DNA of 44,546 bases from Dirinaria sp. TL-2023a (Eukaryota): positions 1 to 44,546 of the forward strand of contig JAVEBF010000030.1 in assembly GCA_051941275.1 (NCBI GenBank), in the 5' to 3' direction. Position 1 is the first letter of the stretch. Every line of letters begins with the position of its first letter. Shown here piece after piece: positions 24,525-35,728 of this stretch. The notes under the pieces were generated by a model. That model was not told the origin of the DNA. It did no database searches and saw only the letters and a program-made list of their open reading frames with translations. The translations under genes were made by a program, and so were the position numbers.

Positions 24525-26070
24525 TCATGAGACCATTTCATCATGTTGCCGGATATCACTCTTCACGTGAATTCTGTCGGGCTCTTGCGGTATTGGCATA
24601 GGTTCGGTGTCATGGGTTACGCTCGTGTCTACCATCCCCGAATCGGGGTGTAATGCTGGCGCTTGAGAGGCCGAAGAGTTGTTTGCTTTCATTTCGTAGT
24701 AGGGTGTTCTGCGACGGCTCTTCGAGCGGCTGGACGCATTAGATCCAAGGGAAAGTTGACTGCGAAGGCTCGCCACAATCGATCGCACTGATTTTTTTGT
24801 AACGAGGAAATGTAGGCTGGGGAGGTTGGTGGCTATGATACTTATTCCAGCCTCGAGCATTCCCCAATATAGTAACGTAGTCAAACCCTCTGCAGTATTG
24901 GTCAGCGAAACCGAACATCTTCTGCCATGCGCAATTGTGGCGTAATGCAAGGAGAGCAAGAGGTCTGATTGCAAAGAAATGATCAACCTGCCGTCAACAT
25001 CAGTCTTGGCAGCTAACCCAGTCGATGCAATTTGAAACCCGTAAACGATACGGACCGCAGATGCGACAATCGATCTGTTCAAAGTCAGAGCAAGGTCTCA
25101 GCATGCCGATCGTTCTTAAAATTCTCACATAACACCTAGAAGGAGAACACCGATGATTCCTAGTTTGCGTGAAGTCGTCATATGGAGTCGCAAAACCTAA
25201 TAGAGGATCAGTGTACATTGATCTCACCATAGGAAAGCTCTGATAGGGCTAAGAAACGTACGATCGGGATCGGTAAGCCCACAACTAGCAGGTCCGTGAT
25301 GAGATCGGTGATAAAGAGGGTGTTTATGAACTTGTACGCCGTTTTGCAGTGCGCAAGCTCTATCAAGGGTCCCCAAAAAGCAGCCACGTGCCCACCACAC
25401 CTCAAAATCTCTGCCAGGCCGTATGCAAGTGTCCAAGCAACAACAATGACTATTGCTACTTTGCTGATGATGTCAAAATGGTTGGAGCTTCTGTCGGCGA
25501 ATAATCGGCGGTAGAAGAAGAGTACACTCAGTTTGATGAATCCATAGGCAAAGATAGAGATGAAGAAGAATATCCATTCGATCTGTGCAAGTGCTGCTTA
25601 GCTGGCAAAGTCTTAGAGAATGAATATTCCACCCTACTTTCTCGACGGCTACCTGAGCGGGGGAGATTTGGTATAATTGAGCTTGAGGATCTTTGTTGGG
25701 ATTCGGGGGTGTCGTGTGGGCGATTACATGTTTTGCAACCCCTTTTGCGCGTAAGTCAATGAACAGTAGGTGCATTTAGAGGTTCTTGGGATAACTTACC
25801 GACGAGCAGAGTTATTCCAAGACCAATGACACAAAGCTGTTGCTCTTAGGTCAAACGGTGATCCCTAGTACGGCTGATGCGTCTAACCAATGCTGGGACA
25901 ATAAAAACGTCGTCCAGCCCAAATGCAATCTGCCTATGATATCTTGTCCAAAAGCGCAATGCGACGGTAATAATGGCAAGTCCTGGTAGCACGGTTGCGG
26001 CTGCGATCGTTTGACCACGAGTATTCCAAGCGAATGATGTTCCCGCCGTATGGCCAACAGGAGCTGCCAT
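24525..26070 (-). CDS. PTH11-like (fungal rhodopsin-domain) integral membrane protein, multi-exon
   Basis: LAIITVALRFWTR...FGLDDVFIVPAL; TDLITDLLVVGLPIP; IVASAVRIV; LYWGMLEAGISIIATNLPSL; Ser-rich C-tail. The exons appear as separate ORF fragments. Confidence 0.85.
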
Positions 26071-27392
26071 AATGAGCCTTGTAATACTTGCACACTCGTT
26101 GAAGCGTTGTACTGTATCTGCCTATCGCAATCCAGGGAACAGACTGGTGGAAAAAATAGAGCACGAACAAAACTTGTACAGGAGCTGTGCAGCGTAGAAA
26201 AGAAAGTAACAGAAAATGCGAGACACTGAGCTAGGCTAGCGAAGAGCCTCTCAAGCGCGGGTCAAAATTATCTGACTTGGGGGTGTTTCAGTGCCTAGGA
26301 GACGCCATGTTCGCTCGCGACGTCCATTTCCGACTTCCAAGCGTAGTTCTCACGCAGCTGTCAATATGGGCATCCCGTGCCTTGTTGGATAATGGCGATG
26401 AGCAACGGAACGGATGTGCTAGCAGAGCGCTTACAATAATGCACATGAGCGTTTTGAGTCGTCTCCGGAACGACTTCCACAGTGCCGTTGCATTAGTGGC
26501 GCTGATCGCGTTAACCAGCGCTCTTGCCGCGCGTGGATAGCTCGGGTAGAATAAGGTAGGAGGGGTAGGTACGAGCATCTTAGTGATCATCATGGTGCAT
26601 GCATCAGGAATGCATGGCATATTTTGCGACCTTGCGTTACTGCAGTAGCCGAGTGGTCTTGACTCACAAACTAGAAGGCGCGCATACTTGAGATGTGGGA
26701 TGCATTCGAAGGAACCGACGTCTTAACACGATCGCCGATCTTGCAATTCAGGCAACCACCCAGGCACCATCGGTTTCAATTTATGATCTCATCGTGCACT
26801 ATTCGTACCATAAACATGCAACGCTACGGTGGAACAAGGCGCAGCTCGATGCCTGGTGATGGATGATAGGAAGCTCATGCGGTATCAACCGACCACTCAT
26901 ACTTTGAAGACTTGCACTTTGTCGTACCACCCTTGCAAAGGGCAGCACTAATGACATCCTTTAGGATCGTACTATCCCGATGTGCGTCAAGTGATTAGCA
27001 CGACACCTGGCCAGGCCGGCAAGCTCAGGAATGCATCTCTGTTAGATGCGAAAAAGTGTATCCTGAAGTCTGATGGTCAGTCTCGGGTTGATTCTTTCCC
27101 TCGCAATGGCAGAGCATACATGCTCACATCCAGGCGATAATAGATCGGCGATTGACCGGGATGAGCTCCCGAAAATGCTCATCACTCAGGAAGCATGGCC
27201 CACACAGCGTGCATATTGGGTGTGAATCCCTGGAGCACACATGGAATCCACACCAGAATGGACTACTCTTGCATAACCCACTGTACCGATTTGCTGAGCA
27301 CAGTATGTGCTGTGAAGCCTCGTTTTCGAACGAAAATTCCTTCTAAGGCTCTACCTTTGTCAAATAAGGACCACAGCAGGATCCTGTGTCCT

Positions 27393-28612
27393 TCACTCCG
27401 CTAATCTTCGTGCTACGATTGTCATCTTTGCGTATCTTACAGCTGCGCCAGCTTCAGACTCCTGGGTTGCTTTGAGCACCATGTCTCTCAACTCTTTCTC
27501 CCTCTCCACATCACGTGCCTTCAACATCACATCTGCAAATTCCTCTGCAGAGAGAGCCCATCTGCCATGGTCAGCCTGGAGTGTCGAGCAGTGAAAAGCA
27601 CTTTGAAAGGTTTGATATGTAACTTACACGTCATTCCAGAAGACAGCCATGTGTGCGCCCTCAAGATATTGAAATTTCTCTGCGTTAACAAATCCGTTCC
27701 TTGTGAGAGTCGCTGGAATCTCTTGAATCCAGTCACGAGGTCCAAGAATGGTCCTATGATTCGCCCAGGTCAGCCAGGGAACCACGGTCCCAGAAGCGTA
27801 AATGAAGAAAAGCCTACTCTCCCTTCTGCCCTTTCAAGGGGGACACTAGTAGATTTCGTAAACTGTTCAGTCCGCTGACTTCCAGGCCCGACTTAGTTGA
27901 AAAGACGTGAGCGGTCGGTGTGTCTAGCTCGTCCCACTGTACATAGCCACCGGGTTCTGGCGCAATCAGTCACAAGAGAGTCTCATCGTCGCCTATTGAA
28001 TCGGAAAAGAGTTGTAGTAGGTGCAGAAATCAAACTTACTTAATAGACGAGCTAGGTCCCTGACAACATTGGTAGAATCATTATTCTTAATAGTAATGGC
28101 AATTACTCGTACATGGACTACGTCGTATTTGGCCACCAGGTCTTGTGGTACCTCTGAAGAGAAATCCCACTTTCGAAATCTGACGTTGGAGGGAAGCCAC
28201 GCTTCTGGCGGACATTGACCCAGATTGATATCCAGACCATCCAGTTGAGTGGTAGCTGGGAGCTTTTCGGCAAGGTCTAATAGCCAAATACTAGTTCGCA
28301 GTCAATCAGCGAACATTCAGATGATGCAAAGAGACGAATTCAAAAGAATAGTCACGGCAAGCCATCTGTCGTACCCAGAACCGGTGGCTAGATCAGCAAT
28401 TCTCGCATCCGCAGGTAAAGCCGGTATATTCGGGTGCAAATGGAAGCCCAGCGAGTGTTGCCATAAATAATACTGGTAGTTAAGACTGCAGCGATAGTGA
28501 GTATCTCGCTTTGAATCACATAGAGAAGAGAATGTTCCTACCGAGAAGTTGCACTATGGCTCCGTCCAAGTACGTATCCGTCCTTAACGGGAGACTCTTC
28601 GGCGTTCATCAT
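27393..28612 (-). CDS. SAM-dependent methyltransferase (fungal secondary-metabolism class, GliN/LaeA-like), 6 exons (28612-28542, 28485-28375, 28290-28040, 27956-27818, 27753-27628, 27561-27393), ~288 aa
   Basis: Manual splicing gives MMNAEESPVKDGYVLGRSHSATSRLNYQYYLWQHSLGFHLHPNIP...RIADLATGSGIWLLDLA...LDGLDI...CPPEAWLPSNV...YDVVHVR...LLKPGGYVQWDE. All five introns are GT-AG and frame-preserving, with no internal stops. Confidence 0.9.
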
Positions 28613-29241
28613 TCTAGTCGAATTTCGAAAGGAAAATCAAGGAGCAGATGGGACTGCGCAAGGAAGGAAACGCATGAATATCTAAATTCCACAACTATTT
28701 TAGCATCTGTACGTCAATAGGAACCTTCTGTGAAAATTGGGTTCCGTGATGTTTATATGCAAAAGGGACTAATAGCGGGCGTTCTTGAAACTACCTAGGT
28801 TAAGACTGACACTCTCCTTGCAGGTCGGGTAACATCGGGCCGGCTGGTTCAGAAAATTAGAGGTCAAAGTGGGGTTATGCAAGCACTAGACCAGCGCAGC
28901 AGTTTTTTTGGTTGATCCTGCAAGCCTGCCCTGCCCTTTATGGCTCGTCAAATATCCAAAAGAAAAGTGTTCGGAGTATCGTCCACTAACTTCTCCCCCA
29001 AGCTGTCAAGCTAGGGAAGCGGTCGCTACCATGCGTCCAATTCAACACCCTCACCATAGGAATTTGCCAAGTCCTGGATGAAAAATCCAAATCCAAATCT
29101 TTTAAGAATTGAAGGGCCAAAGAAGATTCTCATTTGACTTGTCGTGGATTCAGGTTGCCCAGCTTCATCCGAATAAACGCCACTGCTCAGATTGGAAAAC
29201 GACTAGTATAGCACAGCCACAAGATCCGATGACAAGCCATA

Positions 29242-30217
29242 TCAATGGATGCTCTCAAAGCCATCTTCTAAAGTGATATCGTTTCCGCTTTCGGGACTCC
29301 ATTGCGAACTCTTTCCAAAATGCTCACGAACTTTCGGCCAGTAAGGCGAATCCTTGGGACAGAATTTGAAGCGCTCGAACTGATCGATGTAATCGGCTTT
29401 AGGACTGATGTAATTATAACATGAAGTTCGCTTCTTGGCCCAATTCTCTAGTTTCGACCAGTGTCGGCATTGGCGCAGCTGACCAACTGCACTCTCTGGT
29501 GATTTCGTGATGGTCGTATAACGAGGGGTGTCGTCGGCCTGACAGAGTATATCGCTACGTAAAGCGTCCAGGCAGTGAGTAATGTGTAAAAGGGGCAGAG
29601 TCTGCGGGAGACCTAGATGATAATGACGAATTGATTGATGTATGTTTTTCTGCTAATACATGAGACTAGTTAACGCTCGACTCGAGGAATGACATACAAT
29701 GCAATGAAGAGCGTGGTAACCATTGAGTACGTACAATCCCTGAGTTACATCCCAAGGGAAAGACTGTGCCCGCGGCAGCCCCTTGGATCGAGTCCATTCA
29801 TACGGCAGAGCAACGAAGCCTGGGTCGAAGTCGATGGCGTCCCAAAGCTCCGCAGCTAAAGTGAGATTATCTGTAGCGTATTCTGTGGCCCACTCGAAAG
29901 GGACAATATTATCATTCAGCAGATCGGCTAAATCTGTTAGCAGTGCATACCAAATACTGTATAGGGGTGAGAAAACCATAAGCGGAGCGTTGGTGGATCG
30001 TTGGGCCCTTTGTGCGTATAAAATAGACGGTAATCGCGACGTTGATTGCTAAGGAGATACTGAAAAGCAGCAGAAATACATCTCTTCCACTGCAAGACCG
30101 CCAATGCTCAGACTTAAATGTTGATTTCGACACATTGCATTCATGCTCAGTGTCAGTGGATAGAAGTGGCTGTATGTCGGTCTGCATGTTTTGTAAAGGA
30201 GTGCTAGGGCTCGTCAT
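29242..30217 (-). CDS. UstYa/DUF3328-family oxidase #1, 3 exons (30217-29977, 29927-29698, ~29649-29242), ~292 aa
   Basis: Single N-terminal TM (LLLFSISLAINVAITVYFI); twin HxxHC motifs GYHALHC and LHITHCLDALRSDILCQADDTPRY; RQCRHWSKLENWA. Confidence 0.92.
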
Positions 30218-30519
30218 GATTAATGCCCGTCGTAATCTCGAGAAGAGGCAATTGGTACGGCTGCTAGTTTTCTTTGACTTCTAACGTTTCTGTCTTTTCA
30301 AAGCTTTCTTAAGTCAGAAAGTGCGTGCCATTTAGGCCAAGGCGTATTGAGGAAGAGTTCCAACTTGGCTATTTCCTCGTCTCGAGTTGTGAGGAGTAAT
30401 TGTTATCACGAAGACGCCGTTGCAGAGATGAATGCGAACCTGGACCGGAATGTAAGTCATATGTGAAAGAGAAATATCTGTCCGATCCGTTGTATCCAGT
30501 TTGGTATCGGACTTGAGCG

Positions 30520-30543
30520 GCGCCAATAGCTGCGCCAATAGCT
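30520..30543. promoter_or_regulatory. Tandem 12-bp CCAAT-containing repeat upstream of DUF3328 #1
   Basis: GCGCCAATAGCT x2, about 300 bp upstream of the ATG at 30217. The regulatory role is inferred. Confidence 0.35.
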
Positions 30544-31857
30544 AAAGAAGCAAAACCAGGCACGTATTATTGCAGGTGAAAATTTCAAAGAAAGATTCGG
30601 AATGTTCCAAGGCATTCTCATGTAGGGTATTGTGATTTACCCAACCATACCTACTACGCTCGAAGATAAGACGATGTTGACAGGGGGAGGTGATGCGCAC
30701 TTTTCCTCCACCAACCAAATTTTGAAGCAGGGCTTTCGCCCTGCTGCGCGAAACGCAGAGCTAGCAGGCTGTAGCATAGCGTACGTAGAGTTCTCACATG
30801 GATGCAGTGATACATGCACGTCGCGACGTACAGTACTGTAGGATTTGAAGCTGGTTAGTGCCATTCCCTTGAGAGAAAAACTGGTGTCACATGCACATGC
30901 GGTGTTCCAATTGTCATTTCGGCAAAACTTCGGTGACCAGCTTCGTAGGGCTGCTAGCGCGCATCCTTTTTACTTATGCGACACTGCGTCATTCAGATAC
31001 ATTGACAAGAGAAACCCAAGATTGAATGAATGCGTGGTCAAACAAATTCTTTCATTTAGCATTATGAGACTTATCAGCTTCCACAACTCCGTTGGAGTTG
31101 ATCATTCGCAATTGATACGAATCAAGTGAATGTCGAGATCAAATCTTGACGGATGGCCAGTAAGTAGACGTGGTTTGTAAACGTAATCGCTGATACTCTC
31201 ATTGAACGAAACCGAAGGCAGGGTTCAACCGTGCGCTTTAGGCAGTTCTAATAAAGGATTACAGCAAATTTTCGGGAACATCTGTAGCGCAGACACCTTT
31301 GCTACGATGTTACAATAGAAGGTAAGTTACTTGACCTAAAATGCCCTAAACTACTTCTTCGGGCGCGCAACCCGCCCAGGTGAAATTTTTGCGTAATGTC
31401 TTTCAAAGAGCATAGGGAGCAGTCCTCGCAAGCATCTATCCCCGAGATCATTCACCGCGACCCGAACACCTACTCTGCATTGCCTTCCATAAAGGCCGAG
31501 GCCACTGCACAACATCTTGAGACGGGCAGCGATCTTGTCGGATAACGGAGAGATTCTCTTGAGGTCAACCCTCAGTAGCATGTCTATGTTGCATCCCCAA
31601 GCTAACTCCGACTCACTAATTTGCGGTTGCTTGAAGCTTCAAATAATTAAAAAATGGGAGGCATAAAATGTACGACTTTTACCGGGATGCTTTATAGCAA
31701 CAGCAAGAACCCGGCGAAAGATCCACCAAATACCAACATCAACTATTCCCAGCATAATGAAAGCCCGAGCCGATCATAGCGTCCTCCATTTTGCGTTTTA
31801 TGACTGTAATGTTTCGGCCATACCCTGTGCTATCAGTGTTCCTCCAGCACCAATCAG

Positions 31858-32007
31858 TCAGAGCCCGTAACCAGGTCCTGGTTCCGTTTCGGGGACCTCT
31901 AAAATTCCATACTCATGGGAAGTCGGGGGGCAGTAATGGATAGGAACGGCGGTAGTCAGACTCAGCAGCGCAAGAATTGCAGCGCGAATGGCGTTTTCGA
32001 TACGCAT
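31858..32007 (-). CDS. Small secreted peptide, 49 aa (MRIENAIRAAILALLSLTTAVPIHYCPPTSHEYGILEVPETEPGPGYGL); candidate RiPP precursor
   Basis: ATG in CAACAATG context; signal peptide with basic n-region, hydrophobic core AAILALLSL and TTA|VP cleavage; likely 5'-UTR intron; lies between two DUF3328 genes. Too short for the ORF track. Confidence 0.72.
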   Translation of the reverse strand: MRIENAIRAAILALLSLTTAVPIHYCPPTSHEYGILEVPETEPGPGYGL

Positions 32008-33376
32008 TGTTGCCTATGACGGACTGATAGTTGTAAGTATGCACTTGTCCACCACCAAGCAAAAGTACCTACTCTGCTGTTGAAGAAACCGAAGTTCGTG
32101 ACAGAGTTTGGATAACGGATAGGAAACAGAAAGCGATAAATTTCCAACTGGTACTAATTTTCACGCAGGCGAAGGTTCTCACCAGCTAGAGTGTCGATAA
32201 TAGTTCTAAAGCTTAGGCCAAGCGACTTTGAAAAAGATAGACTATGTACGAACATGTTTTGCAAGTTATTATACTATACTCAACCCCCGCCAAGGACGGC
32301 TCTCATGGAATCTGCTACGGTAAGAAGTTTAAACCCGTCATTCACCGTCCAAGCACGCCGGAAAATGAATCGTTGATCATTTGCTGATTGGGATGCTCCT
32401 AAATCCGTCAGTGGAGAAAGCCTTTCTTGAGTTCACTCATACGTGGCGTATGCGTCTCAACTGTGGATCGCGTCATTGTGGCAACCAATAATGAGCTCAG
32501 ATTTTTATGGCAATTCTCAAATCCTAGAAGAAATTTGTCTGACATTGTCGAGGTGCGGGATGAAAATAGGCAGGTATTGGCTATTCGGACCAAGAAGCTC
32601 ACTCCGTTTGGTAGATTGTCGACGGGATCTACCCTATGCACTCTAATCAGGCTATTTGACGGTAGCAGTAGGCAATTGAATCATGCGTCATGCTTAGAGA
32701 TTTGCATGCTACATTTCGAAATGCAGAGTGCAGCAAGGGACCGTGGAATCCTACTGGATCATGCGCCCAAGAGGCACGACTTACTTGCTACCCAGTTATG
32801 CAATGCATGTAACAAGGAAATTTATATCCCGATACTAGTCAGACAACGCGAGAAAGCAATTGTAAGCAAAAGATGCAGCAAGCTATCATGCACTCCACCG
32901 CATGTGCAATACCAACCTATAAACACCTCGGAACTCGATCCAGGATGGCAAGATCAGCGAGCGACCAGAAGATGAAAAGCTAGTTGAGCGGTCAAAGAAG
33001 TACTACGCGTGTAGGCTATAGAGCTGCATTGACACATCACTATGCTTGAACAAAGGATGGAACGCACTAAATATAATCGCAGAGAGTATTCTGACCTGCA
33101 TGAAGGGCACCCATTACTGACCAACGGCAGATTGAGGCGCGCTCGTCGTTCCTTTCAACGTACTTCAAAAAGATTGGCGGTTCATAGGCCAGCCTCTCCA
33201 ACCGACTTCATGCCTCTCGTTACCAAGAAGCTTTAATGAGAATGCTCAGTTCTCGAGACTTTGTCGATTGAACTTAGCTACGAATTCTTGCTAAGAATCT
33301 GTTTGCTCTTCTCTGTCAACCGCGAGACCTGTCATAGATTCATTGGGAACTGGGAAAGAAAGACATACGCTGGACG

Positions 33377-34359
33377 ATGAAGGATTTCTATACTGCCAAT
33401 CGCAAAAATTCAGGCGCGAGCTACCGTCCGATCGACTTTTTTGAAGAGTACGAAAATAAACCTCATTCAAAATCGAAACCCGCAACATTTTATTGCAATT
33501 CCCCACTGAATTGGGCAACAACAATATGCATCGGACTTCTAGCGCTTGTCTTTTGCCAGCAGTATTGGATAATTAGACACCATTTTCGACCTTGTCCAAA
33601 TAGGCTGTTATCGTCTAGTGAGCGTCCCAAAGCTCGTTTCTGTGCGATGGCTTAAGAATATAGAAGTCACTGGTGGATTGAAGGCTGATATGGCAACTCT
33701 TCAGACGGTCTAAGCCTTGCTCTTGACAGAGAATACCTTGCTTCGGTACCAACGAAGTTCACATCACCAAATCTGACCGAAGCCCACGAAGCTTGGGGTG
33801 CTGTCGAAGCTGGTCACGGCGATGTACTGATCGACCCTGAATACGCAGCTGAGCGTGACTTACCACCATCCATACCCCATCCGAGAAATCCAACCAAATT
33901 ACTATACATCATCGAGTCTTATCACGCAATTCACTGCATCGTAAGTAGTATATGCTGAGCCATTTTGGACTCCAGGGATACGTCTCGAAATTGGCTGATG
34001 AGTTTTCGTTCGCCTTGTAGAAAAGACTTCGTACTCATTACTTTTCGCTCATGCATGGCAAGCCTCTAGTCTGGCCTCTAGAGCATGATGAACATTGCTT
34101 CGATACTTTGCGGCAGAATGCTATGTGCTGGGCTTCGGACACGCTTTTGTATACCACGGGAAATTTTGATGCGGGCGTAAATCAAACACGCTTCTGTCGA
34201 GACTGGGGTGCGCTCAGAGATTGGGCAACTGAGAGGTCAGCTTGCTATCACGACTACGAGATAGTTACTGGCGAAGAGCTAGGAGAAGACGGATGGGGAA
34301 AGCACCTAGGAAAATGCGATCGTGGTGATGACGGCTTGCCTTTGGATGGCTTACTATGA
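33377..34359 (+). CDS. UstYa/DUF3328-family oxidase #2, 3 exons (33377-~33617, 33705-33940, 34021-34359), ~271 aa
   Basis: N-terminal TM (TICIGLLALVFCQQYWII); SYHAIHC and EHDEHCFDTLRQNAMCWASDTLLYT; RFCRDWGALRDWA. The first donor is ambiguous among same-phase GTs at 33618, 33636 and 33642. Confidence 0.92.
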
Positions 34360-35728
34360 CAACGTGGCCAGCCAACTCCGACTGACTCTTTTGTCTTCTT
34401 AAGAATCCTGGCAGGCTTTCTACGCGTCGTTGATTATAGATGCGGTTGATTGACCTTTTTGGGATGAGTAAAGACGATTTTAGCTTCTTCTACTCGAAAG
34501 ACACCTTACGATTCTCACAAATCGAGAAGCTTCCTCCAGAGCTTATTCCTTGACTATCAACGTCCATCTTTAACCATGAATCAATATCTTTAATGTTTCA
34601 ATTGGTAATCTGTCCGACCTGTGTACGTAAGATGAAGTCGAAATCAAGTGGAGTTTTCTGTGAACAAATATTGAGTGCAAAATAGCGAGTTTGATACTCA
34701 AGCTAGGTTAAAAGGATTCACATGTAGCGCAAAACTGTGCTGATGCGCCAGCAGAGGAGAGTGAGTGACGGAGAACTCGTATGCTTTTGCCGCACTTTTC
34801 CTCCAGGCTTCGCTTGGGCCCTGACTATCGGTTATCGTTGTAGACAGGATACAGCAGTTTGCGTAGCTACTAGCCTCTTATGAACAGCTTCTCAGTCCCC
34901 TGATGTTTATCCCGTTGATGTGAGCTGCCAGAGTTCAAGGACTGAATAAACATCTTTAACGTCGACGAGACTCAAAACATAGTACAACGACTTATTCAAT
35001 ACGAGCTTATAAAGCATCGAATGCAGTTCCCACGTATGAGACGATATATGTTGCATTGGCAAAAGCGGATGAACAGGAGACAAAAGCTGAGTCAGTCAAA
35101 GTATGGGTTTTTTTTGATCAATGATTTTCGATGAAGATCCGATCCACTGCGTGCATAGATGATATCATAGATTCAAAAAAAAAAAAAAAAAAAGATGTGC
35201 TGCTGAGATACCACTCACTGTGGTCTGCAAGAACTGTTCTCGTGCCAAGACTCAATAACAGCGAGGTGCATCCTACCTGCCTGCATATGGTCCCTCTTTG
35301 TATGCACGTCTGCCTGCTTTCTAAAGTCTCGCCAGCTGTTTTGCTGTAGATCAACGCAGCTATCTCCCACTCGATTGCGTCGTGTAACTGCCCTCGGCAT
35401 CCATCGTATCCGGCTGTCTCTTTGTTCTCGTCATGAGGTCGTATACACTGAGATCTTTCTTAGACGGCAAGGGTTCTCTGAATGTTCTGATAGCTCATGC
35501 ACGTCCTGTCGATAATATCTTGCAGATGTCAATGCACTATGTCTTCATAGAAGCATAGCAGCCGTCAATTGCCAACGGTGTGTTCTGCGCCCATAACACG
35601 CCTACTTGAAAACTTCTCCCTCCAAGTAGGTACTGACGGAGATGTGTCTAATGTAAATGTTCTGATAGCCGGAGAGTATCAGTCGTCAAAGTTCATATAG
35701 CTCATAAAGACCCGAATCCAGTGAGACA

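Noticed and set aside
30218..33376. Classical multi-repeat Kex2-processed precursor (UstA/AprA type) between the DUF3328 genes
   Set aside because: No tandem peptide-coding repeats seen on either strand. The listed ORFs here (30332-30538, 31351-31581, 32427-32975, 33042-33236) lack signal peptides and recognisable motifs.
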